In this document: in pieces, positions 11,792-23,120 of the stretch
Layout: every line of letters starts with the position of its first letter
How positions within the stretch are numbered: the first letter of the stretch is position 1
NCBI GenBank assembly: GCA_977018835.1
Contig: OZ361260.1
Span: 1,054,001 to 1,118,000, forward strand
Length of the DNA stretch: 64,000 bases
Reading direction: 5' to 3'
Origin: Minutocellus sp. GHC0000111
Lineage: Eukaryota
Notes under the pieces: generated by a model
Told to the model about the DNA's origin: nothing
Database searches by the model: none
Seen by the model: the letters and a program-made list of their open reading frames with translations, nothing else
Position numbers and translations under genes: made by a program

Positions 11792-13027
11792 ATGACACAT
11801 CCCAACATGCGGTACCAAACAGCCAGCATTGTTTCGATATTTCTACTTGCTTCGCCAGAGCAATCCTTTGCCTATTTAACGAACGCGAATACTCTCGATG
11901 CGTCCAAGGTGGGATCACTGACTGTGCCGAATGTCGGCATCGGCACCATCGCATGGTCCAGCAACAGTCTGACGAGACTTGAGAATCCCGACCTCGACAC
12001 TCTCGTCGAATCGGCATGCAATCAAAACGGCGGATTCTTTGATACCGGGGAGCGATATGGCTCACATATCAAGACAGCCATGGGCATGGGATGGGGTGAG
12101 ACCGAGACAATGATATCGAAAATGCTCAAGGATGCTGATATCAAAGATGACGCTCTTCGCCCAGTCGTTGCGACCAAGTTTACTCCGTCGCCCTGGCGAA
12201 CTACAGCCAAGAGTGTCGTAGAGGCATGCGAAGCGTCACGGGAGCGGTTGGGTGTTGACTCGATCGATCTGTATCAGATCCACATGCCAGACATTGTGAA
12301 ACCGCTCCGCTTTTTGGGCAAGGATGAGACATACGACGAACAATATTGGGAAGGCCTGGCCGAATGTTATCACCGAGGCCTTGTCAAGAATGTCGGAGTT
12401 TCCAATTATGGCCCAACTCTTGTTACGAAATGCCACGATGCACTGGCAAAGCGAGGTGTTCCCTTGGCGTCAAATCAGATTGCTTATTCTCTCATTGGAC
12501 GTCACAATGGTGCTCAGCAGACGGTGGATAGATGCAATGAGCTCGGGGTGAAAGTACTTGCGTACTATCCCTTTGCTATGGGTCTCCTAACGGGAAAGTA
12601 TTCGAGTCTTTCTCCAGAAATGGCGACCGAAGATGTTGTAACGTCGCTATCGAGCAGTCGGAGAAGTAAATTGGAGCTGAAGGATTTGCAGCGATATGCA
12701 AACGGGGATGGAAAAGAAATTCAAGCCGGTGGCATTTCGCCCCTATTGCGAGCGATGGAGGCCATTGCCAGCGCAAGAGGCAAGACGGTTGCTCAAGTTG
12801 CCCTCAACTACATCATTTGTAAAGGCGCTCTACCAATTGCAGGTAGTAGGACTGCGGATCAGGTAACAGATAATCTCGGTGCGCTGGGATGGCGTCTGAG
12901 CGAGGACGAAGTTACCTTGCTCGAGCACACAGCCGACGGCTTGGGGATCAACTTTGACGGCGCTGGCTTCAAAAAGACTTCGGAAAAATTCGTGGGCTAC
13001 GGAATGGAAAGGTGGTCATTGAATTGA
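11792..13027 (+). CDS. Aldo/keto reductase (pyridoxal-reductase-like)
   Basis: GIGTIAW, FFDTGERYG, VATKF, SRERLGVDSIDLYQIH, VGVSNY, AQVALNY, NLGALGWRL; N-terminal signal peptide. Confidence 0.9.
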   Translation: MTHPNMRYQTASIVSIFLLASPEQSFAYLTNANTLDASKVGSLTVPNVGIGTIAWSSNSLTRLENPDLDTLVESACNQNGGFFDTGERYGSHIKTAMGMGWGETETMISKMLKDADIKDDALRPVVATKFTPSPWRTTAKSVVEACEASRERLGVDSIDLYQIHMPDIVKPLRFLGKDETYDEQYWEGLAECYHRGLVKNVGVSNYGPTLVTKCHDALAKRGVPLASNQIAYSLIGRHNGAQQTVDRCNELGVKVLAYYPFAMGLLTGKYSSLSPEMATEDVVTSLSSSRRSKLELKDLQRYANGDGKEIQAGGISPLLRAMEAIASARGKTVAQVALNYIICKGALPIAGSRTADQVTDNLGALGWRLSEDEVTLLEHTADGLGINFDGAGFKKTSEKFVGYGMERWSLN

Positions 13028-13105
13028 TCCTGCATCGCTATGGCAATAACATGCAGCCGCGGGCATGATCTTTACTGATTGTTATACATTAGAATTGTAC
13101 AAAAA

Positions 13106-14333
13106 CTAGGCACAAGTTATCACATGCGTCGTCATCTTGAATTGACTACCAAAGTTCCCGAAGCTTTCTCGCCATCGCGGCATATCTTCAGTCGTGACAT
13201 GCGGCAAAGAAGTATGCACAACATCGGCACTGTAGTTGTAGAAATTTTTCATTGATAACACTTGGGGAAGAATTTCAACTGATGCGGGAGCTACAACAAA
13301 TACCTTTTCTTGCCCAACATCTTCAAGGCGACACTCGAGAGCCACATTGAATGTAAATCGAAGAGCAGTAACTCGGACATCTTTCAAATCGATGATATTG
13401 TGTCCGTTTGGCTGTGTGCCTGTATAGGCTGAACACACTTCTTCGCCCTTGGTGCACTGTGCGATAGAATCACGTTTCGACGTCCGCGTCAGAAAGGATG
13501 GCGGCATATATGTGTGGTGATAAATAAACATGGCTGGCCCAACAATCCCATTTTCGACAGCAACGCGGCTGCTGTCCAGTAAGCTAGGGACCACGCCCGA
13601 CTGATGTAACATTCCAAAAAACACCAAGAGCAGAGAATTGAAGATAAGCCGAAGGTACTGCAGCCATTGTCGTCCCTTGGTCAGATTTGTTCCATACAAA
13701 ACTACCAGGGGAACAATGACAGGGAGTAGAAACCGCGGTTCTTGGTGAGGAGCGCACGATAACACAAAAAGTCCGCTGCCAATGGCCATGCGGCACATCA
13801 TCCGGCCATTGTTGGGAGAAAGGGGGGCGCGTTGTTGCTGGTTTTTGCTGGGTCTCTTCCTTCGCAGCAGGACTCTCGAAACCATCGCGCCAACATCAGC
13901 ATAGTAGAAGAATGCCAATGGACCAAAGAGCATGGGCAGATTGACCAGAAGATGCGTGATGCGCGGATGAATTCCGTGGTCCCCAAGATTCTCAACATTG
14001 GAGTTGTAAAGCAATGCATTGAGTGGTGTTATGTAGTGCCCTCCAATCTCGGCTCGGTCGCCGATGCTGCCACCGTCCTGGGAAGTAGATAACGACAATT
14101 GCGAATAAAACTTTGTGTCTGCGGCTATGAAAGCCATTGTTGTGACCAAGAAGCCACACGCTGAAAGAACTCCATGTCCCAGTATCCTGCCTATCTTTCC
14201 CTTGTTGAACAGGTACATCAGCACAGGCGGCAGGGCGAAGAATGCAAAGGTGAATCTAACGAAAAGACCAACGCTGGATAGTGTTCCGACAAGTATCGAT
14301 CTTGCCATGCATCTGAGCGTCCCTTCGTTAGTT
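13106..14333 (-). pseudogene. PIGZ: GPI mannosyltransferase 4 (PIG-Z/Smp3, GT22), C-terminal part only, fused in frame to a foreign 5' end (ORF 13106-14458)
   Basis: GLFVRFTFAFF, TPLNALLYN..NL..HGIHPRITHLLVNLPMLFGP, LSCAPHQEPRFLLP, FGMLHQSGVVP, TYMPP. The N-terminal half is lost at the inverted-duplication breakpoint. Confidence 0.85.
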
Positions 14334-14652
14334 CGGAGATTGTTCAGCTCATCCTCCAGCGCCTCCCCCTGCTCCTGCATGTAACGGTCCTTAGCAGCAG
14401 CACGCCCTGCGGCAGTCTCTTGCTCCTTTGCTAAATCGTTGAGAGTACGGTCGCTCATCTTCGGACGAGGTAGAGCTTGTACGATTGTAGTAGATCGACT
14501 CTGAGCAGTTTGAAAAAGTGATTATCAGAAGCTCGTCGATTCGGCTGCATTTCAAAAAAAAAACATCGTCGGAGCGCTATTTTTCAAAATAAGAGCAAAG
14601 CACCTCGTTGCCAAGCTCCATCTCATCACCATCATCACCCTGCCCCTCAAGA

Positions 14653-15045
14653 ATGGCTGCAACCATGACCACCGATAGCAACTGGCATACCACCAGCAAT
14701 CGGCACGACATTGAGCGGGGTTTGGCCATCAGGAACGACTACAGGGACAACAGCACCATTGGTATCTGCGCCGCCCATCGTATCAGTGAAGACTCAAACG
14801 GACCGCACCGTACGTTTGAGATGTATGGCGGCCAGAGGAACGGCGGTATCATTAACAACTACACCATCTGGATGAATGAAGAGGGTATTCTTTGTGACTG
14901 CCCTCACAACCGGACCTGCAAGCATTGCATCTACGTTCTTCACTACCACGTCGGCGTCCCTATCCATCACCTCCGCTCTACCCAGATGATCAAGCAGGAG
15001 CTCCGCAGGTACTTCGATGAGAGATTCGTCGTCATCTCGGACTAA
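14653..15045 (+). CDS. Small SWIM zinc-finger protein (duplicate copy)
   Basis: YTIWM...CDCPHNRTCKHCIYVL (CxC-xn-CxH). Confidence 0.8.
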   Translation: MAATMTTDSNWHTTSNRHDIERGLAIRNDYRDNSTIGICAAHRISEDSNGPHRTFEMYGGQRNGGIINNYTIWMNEEGILCDCPHNRTCKHCIYVLHYHVGVPIHHLRSTQMIKQELRRYFDERFVVISD

Positions 15046-15121
15046 ATAGTGGCTGATGTGGCTGCACAATGAGTAGAGGAAGACAGGCACGGCGACATAG
15101 GAAAGGGATACATGTAGATCT

Positions 15122-16201
15122 TCAAGCATGCGATAAAGACTCTTCCGCCAAATAAATTGTGTAATCATTTGGATCCTTAACGCCCAGTATTGTTGTTCCA
15201 AACATGGCCGTAGGTTCCAGAAAGATTGCTTCCTTTCCTTGCTCTGTTGCCTTCAAAGTTTCCGCTGCAGCTTCTACACTGGGGGTCCCAATGACCAGAT
15301 GATCGAGCATGTTTCCCATAATCAGCTCTTCATTGGATTCGCCTTCGGTGGTGAATACCAGCATGGTCGATACTCCAAAGCCACTATCCTTGTAGCGCAA
15401 GCATAATAGATCACTATCGTTGGCCACCACCCTCATTCCCAGAACGTCGGTATAGAATTGCTCGGTAATCTCGAGTGGCGATAAATTGCCACCGTCTTCG
15501 CCATTGACGGCATCCTTGTCCAATGGCTTGGGTCGAAGACATAATCTCGCAAAGTAATCCCCAGGCCCGCTCGCTACGCGCCGTACTTCGATGTCATTGG
15601 GCTCTACCGCATCCTCGCCATCTTTCGCAATCTTTTCCCCAGCCGCTGCACCGATCAGATTGTTCTGAAAGTCGAGCAGCATGGACGTGCCCAAATACGC
15701 GAGACCATCGCCCTTCTCCAATGTTTCATCTGCCGGAAGAGACGAAATTTCCAATGCGAAACAGGAGTCCAGCTGATCGTCCTTGCCATTGCCAAGCGCG
15801 ACAAAGGCCGTCTCACCGCCGGCAGGTGACTTGTTGCGCTGCTTGACGGTGGCACCCTTGTCGACCCAGTAGTCCACCGTCTTGGCTACATCTGGCACGC
15901 GTAACATCATGTGTGAGAGTCGGTTGGACGACATGACGTTGTCGTCCTCCCCGTCATCGCTCCCGTCAGATTTGTTCTTATCGTCACCAATGTACATTGA
16001 TCGTTGTGAGTTGGATTGGGAGTACGACCATGGTCGTTCGACGAAGGGGCCTGATAATTGCGATGCGTCAGCGGACTTGACGCTCACGAGATCGGTGCGC
16101 GAGATGCCGATGCGTTGGACAAAGGCATCTGCCGATCTGATGGTCAGCAATGATACGATTGCAGTTATTCCAATTAAGCGTGCAGAAGTGCTCTTGACCA
16201 T
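15122..16201 (-). CDS. Glyoxalase/VOC-family protein, predicted plastid-targeted (duplicate copy)
   Basis: Signal peptide plus ADAF; LSHMMLRVPD, FYTDVLGM, LDHLVIG, VKDPNDYTIYL. Protein identical to 21572-22651. Confidence 0.85.
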   Translation of the reverse strand: MVKSTSARLIGITAIVSLLTIRSADAFVQRIGISRTDLVSVKSADASQLSGPFVERPWSYSQSNSQRSMYIGDDKNKSDGSDDGEDDNVMSSNRLSHMMLRVPDVAKTVDYWVDKGATVKQRNKSPAGGETAFVALGNGKDDQLDSCFALEISSLPADETLEKGDGLAYLGTSMLLDFQNNLIGAAAGEKIAKDGEDAVEPNDIEVRRVASGPGDYFARLCLRPKPLDKDAVNGEDGGNLSPLEITEQFYTDVLGMRVVANDSDLLCLRYKDSGFGVSTMLVFTTEGESNEELIMGNMLDHLVIGTPSVEAAAETLKATEQGKEAIFLEPTAMFGTTILGVKDPNDYTIYLAEESLSHA

Positions 16202-16337
16202 GGTGGCAAATTGCGATGCGAACGGAGGTGAATTGTGATGAGGACACGCACGGAGAGTGAACGCGGATGCTCTTTCTCTCCGTCGTCCCGTGACGCCTTT
16301 GCTGCAATGCGCCATACTGTAATGATAATATGATATG

Positions 16338-18938
16338 CACAGCCCCATCTCGTCTTGTTTCGCCAGTCGGATGAAGCGTTTTTCGGCAGAAGACGAACAC
16401 GTCACGAAGAAACCCACCAAAACCCAATCTCGTTCGTCACCCATTCTTTGACCGTCCAACACCATGGTGGTCCGTCGGCGTTGCGCCGGCGTATAACTAT
16501 ATTTTCGTACCAAATATGCATTCATTATCATGTTTGGATATAGTTGAAGCTTACTGTATCCTCAGATTGGCCTCCGCTGCGTATCAACGCCACGAACCAT
16601 CGGCCTACTTTTCCTCCATCTGTCGGCCGTTCGTTTCTCTGGGGTGGTGCCATTGCTCCGTCTTTGTGCTCGTCGTGCTCCCGTTGTGATGCCCCAGACC
16701 CTCTGGTACTTTCCCACGTTGTTGTTGATGATAAACTGCCGGGATTGCGCCGCACCCCCCGCATGACCGACTCTCGCTGATCCCGACCGATCGCATCCCC
16801 ACTCTCGACCTCCCGGAATTCCGACAATAATTTTGCGCCCGAGAGGAGACAGATAGTATTGGGATAAGTTTATGCAACAATCAACCCGACAAAGGGACTT
16901 TTTGGTCTGGGAGATAAATGGGTGAGTTAAGAAGGACGTGATGTGTTTGTTTGGGTGTGCTATTTACTTTTTTGCTCAATCGCGACACTGTTTGTAAAAG
17001 TTGGACCATGCAATTCATTTGTTGTTGTGTAGTAGCAGTGTAATTTCATTTTCTAATTTTATACATGCCCTGCTCCCACCTCTACATCCTCATCTCCATC
17101 GGCGGCCATCATGATCATTTGTTGGCGCTTGTCATCAGTTTCTGCTTTAACAGCTTCGGTCCTTGTCCTTTTCCTTGTTCTTGCCACCCGAGAGTTTCGC
17201 TCCCGCCTCTCCTCGACCTTTGGATTGGATGCCCTCTCCTCAGCCTTGAACTGCGCCGTCTGTTGGGCCTCATATCCCTTGACGCCCTGAGTCCGACGAT
17301 CTTCCTTAACGCCCTCTTGGTGGGCTCGCTCTACAAACGATTCGTCGAGCCAATAGATGCCGCCCCATCCATTCTTCACTAGCCAAATGTGTTGGTCCAA
17401 GATGTGATCTTCGAGTAAGTGCCACTTGGGCGTTATGCTAATGTCGATTGCCCGTGCTTGCTTGAGGGCACTTGCAATCAATTTTCAAGCTCTCTCACAG
17501 CCTTCTTTGCCTCATCATCCCATTTCATGTGCCATTTCAGAAACCTGGAATATATTGCGTCAAGAGTGTGGAGCAAATTAGAGCAAGCTTTGCAGAGCTC
17601 TTTGATGTCGTCATCCGTCATGCCATCTTCCTCGCGATTGTGCTCTAGGAGAGTTCCTTTGGTGGAGGTGTTATGGTGGATGAACTCTATTGTCCTTGGT
17701 TTCTTCTTGTTGTTGCCATCAGAAATATTAATAGATAAAGCTCTCCAGCATTCTGCCAGCACTGCCCTTATTTTACCTGAGTCGGCCGCCTCAATGCCGG
17801 CCTTTTTCAGGAAATGGAAGTGAGGGGCATCGTCATCCTCGGCATCATCGACAGCTCCCATCTCTGGCTCGCCATCACCGTGCTTCTGACGATTCTTCTC
17901 AAAGTACTGCTGCACATGCATGCTTCATGTGCAGCGTCCTCTCTTGCAATGTCAGCTTCGTCCTCATGACAGGGCACACAGTCCTCGTCTTCGTCGTCAT
18001 CGTCCTCACTGATCTCGCCGGCCTCCGTCGTGGTCAGGGTGCCCACCGTCCCAACATCGTCGTCATTGTCCCACCCATCGTCCTGGCCATTACACCCACC
18101 AAGGAACTTCTGGGCCTCGAGCAACATCTGCCTGTTGATTTCGTAGTCCATCGCCGCACATCCCACCGACATATGTGGTGCGACCGACTTGAGGAATGCA
18201 TTGCATGCCTTCGTCAAATTGAGCCGCGGCGGCGGCATTTCGAGGCGAAATTGTTGCTCGACCGTGACCATGTCGAAAGCCATCCATCCATCATCATGGA
18301 GAGCGTCGGCTGCACGAGGATTGATAGAACCGAGGCGAACAAATATGCTCTTTTTGTATGGGGTTCGCTGAACGTCGTCGGCAAGGCAGTGTCTTGATGC
18401 CATTTCATCCCATCCATTCTGGTTGTCTGTCCTCACAAAAAACACATCGCAGTCTTCGTGTTTCTTCTTCTTCAAACCCAAGATGCCCGCAGTGTGCATG
18501 ACGGCGCCGTACATGATGGGACTGCATCCCAACACATTCATCAAGGAGTCGTTGTTGCCGATGAAATTGTAGTAATGAAGTTCCTTTCTGCGAAGACGGA
18601 CGAGCAGTTCAGCCAGGCAGAGCGTCCTGCACCGCAATTCTGTCTGCGGTGTTGACCGCGGGATTGCGGCTGTTATTTTTTTTGCTCATGGAGAATTATG
18701 GATCGAGACCAACGGGAATATCACCAGGATGTCGGGAGTGCCTGGTTGGTCTCGTGCCGTAATTCTCCCACACCAGCAGCGCGAGATATCGCCTTCGTTC
18801 TGCACGTAGCGGCAATTTGAATTTTTGCCGCCATGGTGGCTCGCGTTGGGCGCGCCGGTCGGTTGCTTCGCGCGCCGGCCGGCCACTGAAAGTGCGACCA
18901 AAAGTATGCGAGACATCCGGCTGGCAGATGGTGCTGTG
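16338..18938 (-). mobile_element. Transib/Chapaev-like (CMC/RAG-related) DNA transposon, degenerate, with asymmetric TIRs
   Basis: Ends CACAGCCCCATCT-N11-GCCAGTCGGATG (16338-16373) and CACAGCACCATCT-GCCAGCCGGATG (reverse complement of 18914-18938) enclose a transposase-like ORF. Flanks ATATG and TCTTG do not form a TSD. Confidence 0.75.
17059..18689 (-). pseudogene. Transposase remnant with frameshifts (near 18640, ~17915, ~17480)
   Basis: C-terminal TPKWHLLEDHILDQ...GGIYWLDESFVERAHQ resembles the PKxHxxxxH...G...E-x3-E-x2-H helix carrying the third catalytic residue of Chapaev/Transib/RAG1-type DDE enzymes. The first two catalytic Asp are not recognisable. Confidence 0.65.
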
Positions 18939-19105
18939 TCTTGGCGGAAGTGAGAGACAATGGCCTCGGCTTCTGCTTCCGATGTGCATCCCTTGGAATT
19001 GATTATCGCGTTATCCACCCACGTTGTGCCCCACTGCAATGTCCCGATTGCCAGAGGAAGTTGCAGCACGAGGCCGGCGGCCAGGTCGATCGGCTTCTTT
19101 TTCAT
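18939..19105 (-). pseudogene. 5' fragment of a second aldo/keto-reductase-like gene cut by the transposon end
   Basis: MKKKPIDL...PLAIGTLQWGTTW...SEAEAEAIVSHFRQD stops exactly at the CACAGC terminus, before the expected DTAxxYG motif. Confidence 0.6.
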
Positions 19106-19424
19106 CTTGCTGATGGCCGGCCGGGCGGGTTTGGATCTGATCACGCGGTGAGCTGTGCGGGGGGGGGTTTTGCGGTGCGACCTCTTTTTGCATGCAGCCT
19201 GCGCCAACGTCCGACCGAATGTCGAACGTCCGAACCGACTGTGGTGGAATCACACGCAGCCACTGTCTCAATACTTAGTAAAGTGGTGATACGCACTTCT
19301 TTTCTACCGGTCTTGCCACAAGAATATCTAATAAATAAACGCGGTTGGGTCCAAAGAAGAACTAAAACATCGGCGCCGACGCAATTCAAGCCTTGCCAAC
19401 CCAACCATCCGTCCACATACACCG

Positions 19425-21435
19425 CTATCAATCCTCGTGCAGCCGATGCTCTCCATGATGATGGATGGATGGCTTTCGACATGGTCACGGTCGAGCAACA
19501 ATTTCGCCTCGAAATGCCGCCGCCGCGGCTCAATTTGACGAAGGCATGCAATGCATTCCTCAAGTCGGTCGCACCACATATGTCGGTGGGATGTGCGGCG
19601 ATGGACTACGAAATCAACAGGCAGATGTTGCTCGAGGCCCAGAAGTTCCTTGGTGGGTGTAGTGGCCAGGACGATGGGTGGGACAATGACGACGATGTTG
19701 GGACGGTGGGCACCCTGACCACGACGGAGGCCGGCGAGATCAGTGAGGACGATGACGACGAAGACAAGGACTATGTGCCCTGTCATGAGGACGAAGCTGA
19801 TATTGCAAGAGAGGACGCTGCACATGAAGCATGCATGCAGCAGTGCTTTGAGAAGAATCGTCAGAAGCACGGTGATGGCGAGCCAGAGATGGGAGCTGTC
19901 GATGATGCCGAGGATGACGATGCCCCTCACTTCCATTTCCTGAAAAAGGCCGGCATTGAGGCGGCCGACTCAGGTAAAATAAGGGCAGTGCTGGCAGAAT
20001 GCTGGAGAGCTTTTTCTATTAATATTTCTGATGGCAACAACAAGAAGAAACCAAGGACAATAGAGTTCATCCACCATAACACCTCCACCAAAGGAACTCT
20101 CCTAGAGCACAATCGCGAGGAAGATGGCATGACGGATGACGACATCAAAGAGCTCTGCAAAGCTTGCTCTAATTTGCTCCACACTCTTGACGCAATATAT
20201 TCCAGGTTTCTGAAATGGTACATGAAATGGGATGATGAGGCAAAGAAGGCTGTGAGAGAGCTTGAAGCATTGATTGCAAGTGCCCTCAAGCAAGCACGGG
20301 CAATCGGTATTAGCATGACGCCCAAGTGGCACTTGCTCGAAGATCACATCTTGGACCAACACATTTGGCTAGTGAAGAATGGATGGGGCGGCATCTATTG
20401 GCTCGACGAATCGTTTGTAGAGCGAGCCCACCAAGAGGGCGTTAAGGAAGATCGTCGGACTCAGGGCGTCAAGGGATATGAGGCCCAACAGACGGCGCAG
20501 TTCAAGGCTGAGGAGAGGGCATCCAATCCAAAGGTCGAGGAGAGGCGGGAGCGAAACTCTCGGGTGGCAAGAAGAAGGAAAAGGACAAGGACCGAAGCTG
20601 TTAAAGCAGAAACTGATGACAAGCGCCAACAAATGATCATGATGGCCACCGATGGAGATGAGGATGTAGAGATGGGAGCAGGGCATGTATAAAATTAGAA
20701 AATGAAATTACACTGCTGCTACACAACAACAAATGAATTGCATGGTCCAACTTTTACAAACAGCATCGCGATTGAGCAAAAAAGTAAATAGTACACCCAA
20801 ACAAACACATCACGTCCTTCTTAACTCACCCATTTATCTCCCAGACCAAAAAGTCCCTTTGTCGGGTTGATTGTTGCATAAACTTATCCCAATACTATCT
20901 GTCTCCTCTCGGGCGCAAAATTATTGTCGGAATTCCGGGAGGTCGAGTGGGGATGCGATCGGTCGGGATCAGCGAGAGTCGGTCATACGGGGGGTGCGGC
21001 GCAATCCCGGCAGTTTATCATCAACAACAACGTGGGAAAGTACCAGAGGGTCTGGGGCATCACAACGGGAGCACGACGAGCACAAAGACGGAGCAATGGC
21101 ACCACCCCAGAGAAACGAACGGCCGACAGATGGAGGAAAAGTAGGCCGATGGTTCGTGGCGTTGATACGCAGCGGAGGCCAATCTGAGGATACAGTAAGC
21201 TTCAACTATATCCAAACATGATAATGAATGCGTATTTGGTACGAAAATATAGTTATACGCCGGCGCAACGCCGACGGACCACCATGGTGTTGGACGGTCA
21301 AAGAATGGGAAAACATAGAAAAACGGAAAATAGAAACGAACGAGATTGGGTTTTGGTGGGTTTCTTCGTGACGTGTTCGTCTTCTGCCGAAAAACGCTTC
21401 ATCCGACTGGCGAAACAAGACGAGATGGGGCTGTG
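19425..21435 (+). mobile_element. Second, 5'-truncated copy of the transposon; transposase frame open 19425-20692; long TIR at 21400-21435
   Basis: Same sequence family as 16338-18327, without the two internal frameshifts; lacks its own start and the short TIR. Confidence 0.75.
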
Positions 21436-21571
21436 CATATCATATTATCATTACAGTATGGCGCATTGCAGCAAAGGCGTCACGGGACGACGGAGAGAAA
21501 GAGCATCCGCGTTCACTCTCCGTGCGTGTCCTCATCACAATTCACCTCCGTTCGCATCGCAATTTGCCACC

Positions 21572-22651
21572 ATGGTCAAGAGCACTTCTGCACGCTTAAT
21601 TGGAATAACTGCAATCGTATCATTGCTGACCATCAGATCGGCAGATGCCTTTGTCCAACGCATCGGCATCTCGCGCACCGATCTCGTGAGCGTCAAGTCC
21701 GCTGACGCATCGCAATTATCAGGCCCCTTCGTCGAACGACCATGGTCGTACTCCCAATCCAACTCACAACGATCAATGTACATTGGTGACGATAAGAACA
21801 AATCTGACGGGAGCGATGACGGGGAGGACGACAACGTCATGTCGTCCAACCGACTCTCACACATGATGTTACGCGTGCCAGATGTAGCCAAGACGGTGGA
21901 CTACTGGGTCGACAAGGGTGCCACCGTCAAGCAGCGCAACAAGTCACCTGCCGGCGGTGAGACGGCCTTTGTCGCGCTTGGCAATGGCAAGGACGATCAG
22001 CTGGACTCCTGTTTCGCATTGGAAATTTCGTCTCTTCCGGCAGATGAAACATTGGAGAAGGGCGATGGTCTCGCGTATTTGGGCACGTCCATGCTGCTCG
22101 ACTTTCAGAACAATCTGATCGGTGCAGCGGCTGGGGAAAAGATTGCGAAAGATGGCGAGGATGCGGTAGAGCCCAATGACATCGAAGTACGGCGCGTAGC
22201 GAGCGGGCCTGGGGATTACTTTGCGAGATTATGTCTTCGACCCAAGCCATTGGACAAGGATGCCGTCAATGGCGAAGACGGTGGCAATTTATCGCCACTC
22301 GAGATTACCGAGCAATTCTATACCGACGTTCTGGGAATGAGGGTGGTGGCCAACGATAGTGATCTATTATGCTTGCGCTACAAGGATAGTGGCTTTGGAG
22401 TATCGACCATGCTGGTATTCACCACCGAAGGCGAATCCAATGAAGAGCTGATTATGGGAAACATGCTCGATCATCTGGTCATTGGGACCCCCAGTGTAGA
22501 AGCTGCAGCGGAAACTTTGAAGGCAACAGAGCAAGGAAAGGAAGCAATCTTTCTGGAACCTACGGCCATGTTTGGAACAACAATACTGGGCGTTAAGGAT
22601 CCAAATGATTACACAATTTATTTGGCGGAAGAGTCTTTATCGCATGCTTGA
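21572..22651 (+). CDS. Glyoxalase/VOC-family protein, predicted plastid-targeted; last codons supplied by the inserted cassette
   Basis: Two VOC domains; ends GVKDPNDYTIYLAEESLSHA*. Alternative 3' ends occur ~4.2 kb downstream. Confidence 0.85.
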   Translation: MVKSTSARLIGITAIVSLLTIRSADAFVQRIGISRTDLVSVKSADASQLSGPFVERPWSYSQSNSQRSMYIGDDKNKSDGSDDGEDDNVMSSNRLSHMMLRVPDVAKTVDYWVDKGATVKQRNKSPAGGETAFVALGNGKDDQLDSCFALEISSLPADETLEKGDGLAYLGTSMLLDFQNNLIGAAAGEKIAKDGEDAVEPNDIEVRRVASGPGDYFARLCLRPKPLDKDAVNGEDGGNLSPLEITEQFYTDVLGMRVVANDSDLLCLRYKDSGFGVSTMLVFTTEGESNEELIMGNMLDHLVIGTPSVEAAAETLKATEQGKEAIFLEPTAMFGTTILGVKDPNDYTIYLAEESLSHA

Positions 22652-22727
22652 AGATCTACATGTATCCCTTTCCTATGTCGCCGTGCCTGTCTTCCTCTAC
22701 TCATTGTGCAGCCACATCAGCCACTAT

Positions 22728-23120
22728 TTAGTCCGAGATGACGACGAATCTCTCATCGAAGTACCTGCGGAGCTCCTGCTTGATCATCTGGGTAGAGCGG
22801 AGGTGATGGATAGGGACGCCGACGTGGTAGTGAAGAACGTAGATGCAATGCTTGCAGGTCCGGTTGTGAGGGCAGTCACAAAGAATACCCTCTTCATTCA
22901 TCCAGATGGTGTAGTTGTTAATGATACCGCCGTTCCTCTGGCCGCCATACATCTCAAACGTACGGTGCGGTCCGTTTGAGTCTTCACTGATACGATGGGC
23001 GGCGCAGATACCAATGGTGCTGTTGTCCCTGTAGTCGTTCCTGATGGCCAAACCCCGCTCAATGTCGTGCCGATTGCTGGTGGTATGCCAGTTGCTATCG
23101 GCGGTCATGGTTGCAGCCAT
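22728..23120 (-). CDS. Small SWIM zinc-finger protein
   Basis: CDCPHNRTCKH motif; divergent from the large cassette gene with a ~195-bp spacer. Confidence 0.8.
   Translation of the reverse strand: MAATMTADSNWHTTSNRHDIERGLAIRNDYRDNSTIGICAAHRISEDSNGPHRTFEMYGGQRNGGIINNYTIWMNEEGILCDCPHNRTCKHCIYVLHYHVGVPIHHLRSTQMIKQELRRYFDERFVVISD

Larger units (their letters stand above)
14334..18327. repeat. Left arm of ~4 kb inverted duplication (partner 19425-23440)
   Basis: Reverse complement matches 19425-23440. Both breakpoints were read directly (...ACAATCTCCG| and |CTATCAATCCTCG). Confidence 0.95.

Noticed and set aside
18941..19424. N-terminal 160 aa of the 583-aa ORF as part of the transposase
   Set aside because: It is read-through of antisense AKR fragment and intergenic DNA upstream of the duplication breakpoint at 19425.
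21218..21571. Long N-terminal extension of the glyoxalase ORFs (also 16202-16531)
   Set aside because: It starts inside the transposon. The signal-peptide start is MVKSTSARL at 21572/16201.
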